Positions 59,398 to 64,000 of a stretch of 64,000 bases of DNA are shown here, one piece after another (the first letter of the stretch is position 1; the number at the start of each line of letters is the position of its first letter). Source of the DNA: Somniosus microcephalus. Its lineage: Eukaryota. Under the pieces are notes generated by a model. The model had not been told where the DNA came from. It did no database searches and was given only the letters and a program-made list of their open reading frames with translations. The stretch covers positions 21,328,001-21,392,000 of the forward strand of contig CM126223.1 in the NCBI GenBank assembly GCA_052327205.1, read 5' to 3'. The position numbers and the translations under genes were made by a program.

Positions 59398-62124
59398 GGC
59401 CGGAATTTTCCGGGGTGTTAGCGGGCACGGTCGGTGGTGGGTCAGGTGGGAAAGTTGTTATTTTTGACAGCGGGTCAGGAACCCACTGTCATCTCGCTCC
59501 CATGCGCCTTTCTGCCAGGCACATCTGTCACCACGAACTGATCCGATCGGCAGTGGCGGGCAATCCAATGGAGATGATTATCAGGTAGTTAACAGGCACT
59601 TAAGAGCCCTTTTTTACTTACTTTTTACATTTCCTTGCATGACCACGGGATTCACGCAGCTCGGGAACCACGTCTGTCAACCTGAGGCGGGAGTTCCGTG
59701 GCCATTGCTCCAGCTGATTACTTGACAGCATCAAATGTACAGTAAAAGCTCCCGCCTGACAGCTGATCACTTTCCTCAGGCACAAGTTGTTGCTCAGTAT
59801 ATTTCCAGCACAGATTCTGCAGGCTGCAAGTCTTTCCAGCAAAGTCTCCATCCAGTATCACCACATTGGAAGAACTCTCTCACCATTGACAGAATGTTTC
59901 TGTCATCTGTACTTCACCTGCCATCTATTCCATCAACATGGGTACCATTTATACTGTCTCACCTTGGTCCTCAGAATCGGACCACGATGAGCAACCAACA
60001 CCAGCACCAACCTTCTCCGAATCACCTGATGCTGCACAGGACACAAGGCATCAGCACCCGAGCACATTGCTGCCCGGGAGGCCAGAGATGGCCTCATCAT
60101 GGCCAGATTTAGTTAACTTTACGCTGTACACACATATGGCTGCCACATGATGCGCCAGGTTTGCACTATTCCACACCAACATCATAAAGCATCCCTTCAA
60201 TGCCCAAGCCATTCCTTTCACACTCATCACCATTGCGGGGAGTACCGTTATGTCTCAACCATCTTCAGCTGTTTCATCAATGACCTTCCCTCCATCATAA
60301 GGTCAGAAGTGGGGATGTTCGCTGATGATTGCACACTGTTCAGCACCATTCGAGACTCGTCAGATACTGACGCAGTCCGTGTCCATATGCAGCAAGACCT
60401 GGACAACATTCAGACTTGGGCTGACAAGTGGCAAGTAACATTCGCACCACACAAGTGCCAGGCAATGACCATCTCCAACAAGCGAGACTCTAACCATCTC
60501 CCCTTGACATTCAATGGCATTACCATCGCTGAATCCCCCACTATCAACATCCTGGGGGTTACCATTGATCAGAAACTGAACTGGACCAGCCATGTAAATA
60601 CTGTGGCTACAAGAGCAGGCCAGAGGCTGGGAATTCTGCGGCGAGTGTCTCACCTCCTGACTCCCCAAAGCCTTTCCACCATCTACAAGGCACAAGTCAG
60701 GAGTGTGATGGAATACTCTCCACTTGCCTGGATGAGTGCAGCTCCAACAACACCCAAGAAGCTCGACACCATTCAGGATAAAGCAGCCCGCTTGATTGGC
60801 ACTCCATCCACCACCTTCAACATTCACTCCCTCCACCACCGGCGCACTGTGGCTGCAGTGTGTACCATCTACAAGATGCACTGCAGCAACTCGCCAAAGC
60901 TCCTTCAACAGCACCTTCCAAACCCGCGACCTCTACCACTTAGAAGGACAAGGGCAGCAGACGCATGGGAACATCACCACCTACAAGTTCCCCTCCAAGC
61001 CACACACCATCCTGACTTGGACCTGTATCGCCGTTCCTTCACTGTCGCTGGGCCAAAATCCTGGAACTCCCTTCCTAACAGCATTGTGGGTGTACCTACA
61101 CCATATGGACTGCAGCGGTTCAAGAAGGCGGCTCACCACCATCTTCTCAAGGGCAATTAGGGATGGGCACTAAATGCAGGCCTAGCCAGCCAGCGACGCC
61201 CACATCCCATCAATGAATTTAAAAAAAACATTCACTGCAACTCACTAAGCCACTTCCAAAGGTGCACACAAATTTGCCCAAGACCGGAAAGTGTTGAAAA
61301 TAAAGATTTTTATGTTTGACACCACATTAACAGAAACTTTACATAAACATTGGATAAAGCACCCAAGTGACTACCATTGTGTGTTGTTAGTTGGTATGAT
61401 TGCACTAGGATGAGGGTGAATGTGAGGGGTGGTGGCTACTGAGATGGGGATGTGATAATGTAAGTAAAGAGGGAGGGATGAGTGGAGGTGCAAGGTATGT
61501 TGGTGTGAGTAAGGATGTGCAGGAGTAGGGTAGGGAAAGCACAGTGATGGGGATGTGATATGAGGCACAGCAGGATGCAGTTGAGTCTGGCTTTGTACTA
61601 ATGTTTCCTGATCTAATGAGATCATTGAAATGTTTGTGGCACTGCACCCAGGTCCTCCTGAACACATCCCTGCTTGTGACCTCCTGTGCAATCTGCAACC
61701 AGGCTGTCTTGGTCTCCTGGGGAGGTGTCTTCCGCCCATGGAAAGGGAAAAGGACCTCCCTGCGTGCTCTGACTCCCTCCACAAGCATATGGTGGGAGTC
61801 ATCGGAGAAGCTGGGTTCAGCCCTCTGCCTCTGTGCAGTCCTTGTCAGTGTTTGCAGTACTCCAATGCTGTAGTGCACTGACAGCACTATGTTAGATTAA
61901 ACTTCAAATGTAATGTGGCCATGGTCCCTTTAAAGATCCTGGCTGAAAACGTGTCATGAATGACGTCACCAGACCCGCCCCGTCTCATTGGGCTGGGTAA
62001 CGAGCTGGGCGGGCCCCATTAAGGTAAGTTCATTTTCAACAGCGGGATGGAGCTAGCAGCGGGGTCGCGACCCGCCACGGACACCGCCCACACCGGACCC
62101 ACCCAGGTAGGCAAAATTCCGGCC
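59398..62124. mobile_element. Internally deleted PIF/Harbinger inserted in an old minus-strand CR1 (~58850-62900)
   Basis: TIR GGCCGGAATTTT / AAAATTCCGGCC; TSD TTT; Myb exon on minus (AWLQIAQEV..TWVQCHKHFNDL); transposase start MGTIYTVSPWSSESD at 59938 resembles 40349(-). Confidence 0.88.
60255..61228 (+). mobile_element. LINE family B 3' fragment nested in the Harbinger
   Basis: ORF 60147..61160 with MFADDCT; tail ATGAATTTAAAAAAAAA. Confidence 0.88.
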
Positions 62125-62904
62125 TTTGTTTCCTGTCAACCAACTTTCTATCCATATTGCTACATTTTCTCTTAGTTCATAAGCCAGAATTTTTCTAACA
62201 AACCTTTTGTGAAAAGCCAAATACACAATGTCCCCGTTATCTATTCAGTCACTTATATAAAAAAACGATTAATTTTGTCAAACATGACTTGCCTTTAACA
62301 AATCCATGCTGGCTATCCTTGAGTAACCCATGCATTTCTAAATGGTCACTAATATTATCTCGAATTGTGAATTCTAACAGTTTGCTGATCTAGTTACCTA
62401 GTTTATCTTTCTCTTCATCCTTGAAGTGTTATAACAAATACTCTCCAGACCCATGGCACAGTTTGCAAATTTAAAGAGGGTTGAAAATTGCAGCTAAAGC
62501 CTCTGCTATCTCCTCTTTGATTTCTTTCAACATGCAGAGTGCTTGCAATCATGGTCCAGTGACTTTTGTGCAATTAATTCAATAAATTGTTCCAAATCCT
62601 CCTCTAGTACACCTACATTCTCACCTCCACCATCATCTGTAAAAGCTGATACAAAATATTTATTCATTATTTCCACCATACCTTCATCCTCCATAATTAG
62701 ATTCCCTGCTTCATCCTAACTACTCCTATCTTCTCTAATCATTCTTTTACTTTTTGTGCTGATAAAAGCCCTTACTATTTATTTTTATATTTGCTTGTCT
62801 TTTTTCATATTCCCTTTTAGCCCTTCTAAATTTTTTCACCTCCCCACTATATTTTCTGTATTCCTCATGATTTTCTTCAGTATTGTTATCCCTAACTTTA
62901 ACAA

Positions 62905-64000
62905 TTTTGACAAATTTGCTAGAGTTCTTTGAGGATGTAAAACAGGGTGGATAAAGGGGAACCAGTAGATGTAGTTGTGGTAAACCACTGTAGTTCACTG
63001 TTGTTGTTGTTGTTGTCGTTCACTCTTGTTTCACTGTTGTGCCTGACTATGCCTCAGCTGACTCCGCCCCTGGGCTACCGAGTATAAGAGCGGCCGCATG
63101 GCAGCTCCTGGCATTCGGTCGTCCACTAGAGGCATAGTCCTGATCTGTCTGAAGTGCAATTCAGTAGTTAATAAAAGCCTGTCGTTCTGAACTCTGCCCA
63201 GCCTTTTATTAGAATTGATAGCGCATCAGTAGTATATTTGGATTTCCAGAAGCATTTGATAAGGTGCCACATAAAAGGTTACTGCGCAAGATAAGAGCGC
63301 ATGGGGTTGGGAGTAATATATTGGCATGGATAGGGGATTGGCTAACTAACAGAAAACAGAGAGTCGGGATAAATGGGTCATTTTCCGGTTGGCAATCAGT
63401 AACTAGTGGGCTGCCACAGGGATCAGTGCTGGGGCCTCAACTATTTACAATCTATATTAAGGACTTGGATGAAGGGACCGAGTGTACTGTAGCCAAATTT
63501 GCCGATGATACAAAGGGTTAGCATGTTGTGAGGAGGACACAGAGTCTGCAAAGGGATATAGACAGGTTAAGTGAGTGGGCAAAAATTTAGCAGATGGAGT
63601 ATAATGTGGGAAAATGTGAGGTTATCCACTTTGGAAGGAAGAGTGAAAAAGCAAATGATTATTTAAATGGAGTGAGACTGCAAAATGCTGCGGTACAAAG
63701 GGATCTGGGGGTCCTAGTACACGAAACACAAAAAGTTAGCATGCAGGAACAGCAAGTAATTAGGAAGGCTAATGGAATGTTGGCCTTTATTGCAAGGGGT
63801 GTGGAGTATAAAAGTAGGGAAGTTTTGATGCAACTTTACAGGGTGCTGGTGAGACCGCACCTGGAATACTGCATACAGTTTTGGTCTCCATATTTAAGGA
63901 AGGATATACTTGCATTGGAGGCAGTTCAGAGAAGGTTCACTACATTGATTCCTGGGATGAAGGGGTTGACGTATGACGAAGGCTGTGCAGGTTGGGCCTA
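62905..64000 (+). mobile_element. CR1 RT fragment interrupted by a solo LTR
   Basis: ORF 63264..63521 ([14 protein letters not shown]); runs off the window. Confidence 0.85.
62976..63228 (+). mobile_element. Solo LTR related to Gypsy B (253 bp)
   Basis: TGTGGTAAACCACTG..AATTGATAGCGCATCA, same termini as the Gypsy B LTR; TSD GTAGT (62971-62975 / 63229-63233). Confidence 0.92.

Overview
Repeat-dense vertebrate DNA, most likely a cartilaginous fish (HE1-type V-SINE, Deu-domain SINEs, abundant CR1). Two host genes lie on the minus strand. One is the 3' part of LRWD1/ORCA: nine coding exons from 58764 to the stop at 32512, all GT-AG and in compatible phase. The other, about 22 kb downstream, is the first coding exon of a BCKDK-like mitochondrial kinase (10494-10760). 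Most of the rest is transposable elements: CR1, L2, a second CR1/L2-group LINE, Penelope remnants, two nested Gypsy LTR elements plus a related solo LTR, two PIF/Harbinger elements, several MITEs and a 40-bp minisatellite. Main leads: (i) a young CR1 whose intact ORF2 has no AUG before the endonuclease domain and starts in the -1 frame at tandem slippery heptamers followed by a stem/G-quadruplex motif, suggesting -1 ribosomal frameshifting; (ii) a very young Gypsy with no tRNA primer site, whose leader is instead complementary to the AATAAA region of its own LTR, and whose RT has YLDN; (iii) the BCKDK-like gene next to LRWD1, possibly a paralogue absent from mammals. All calls are by eye, and ends of decayed repeats are approximate.
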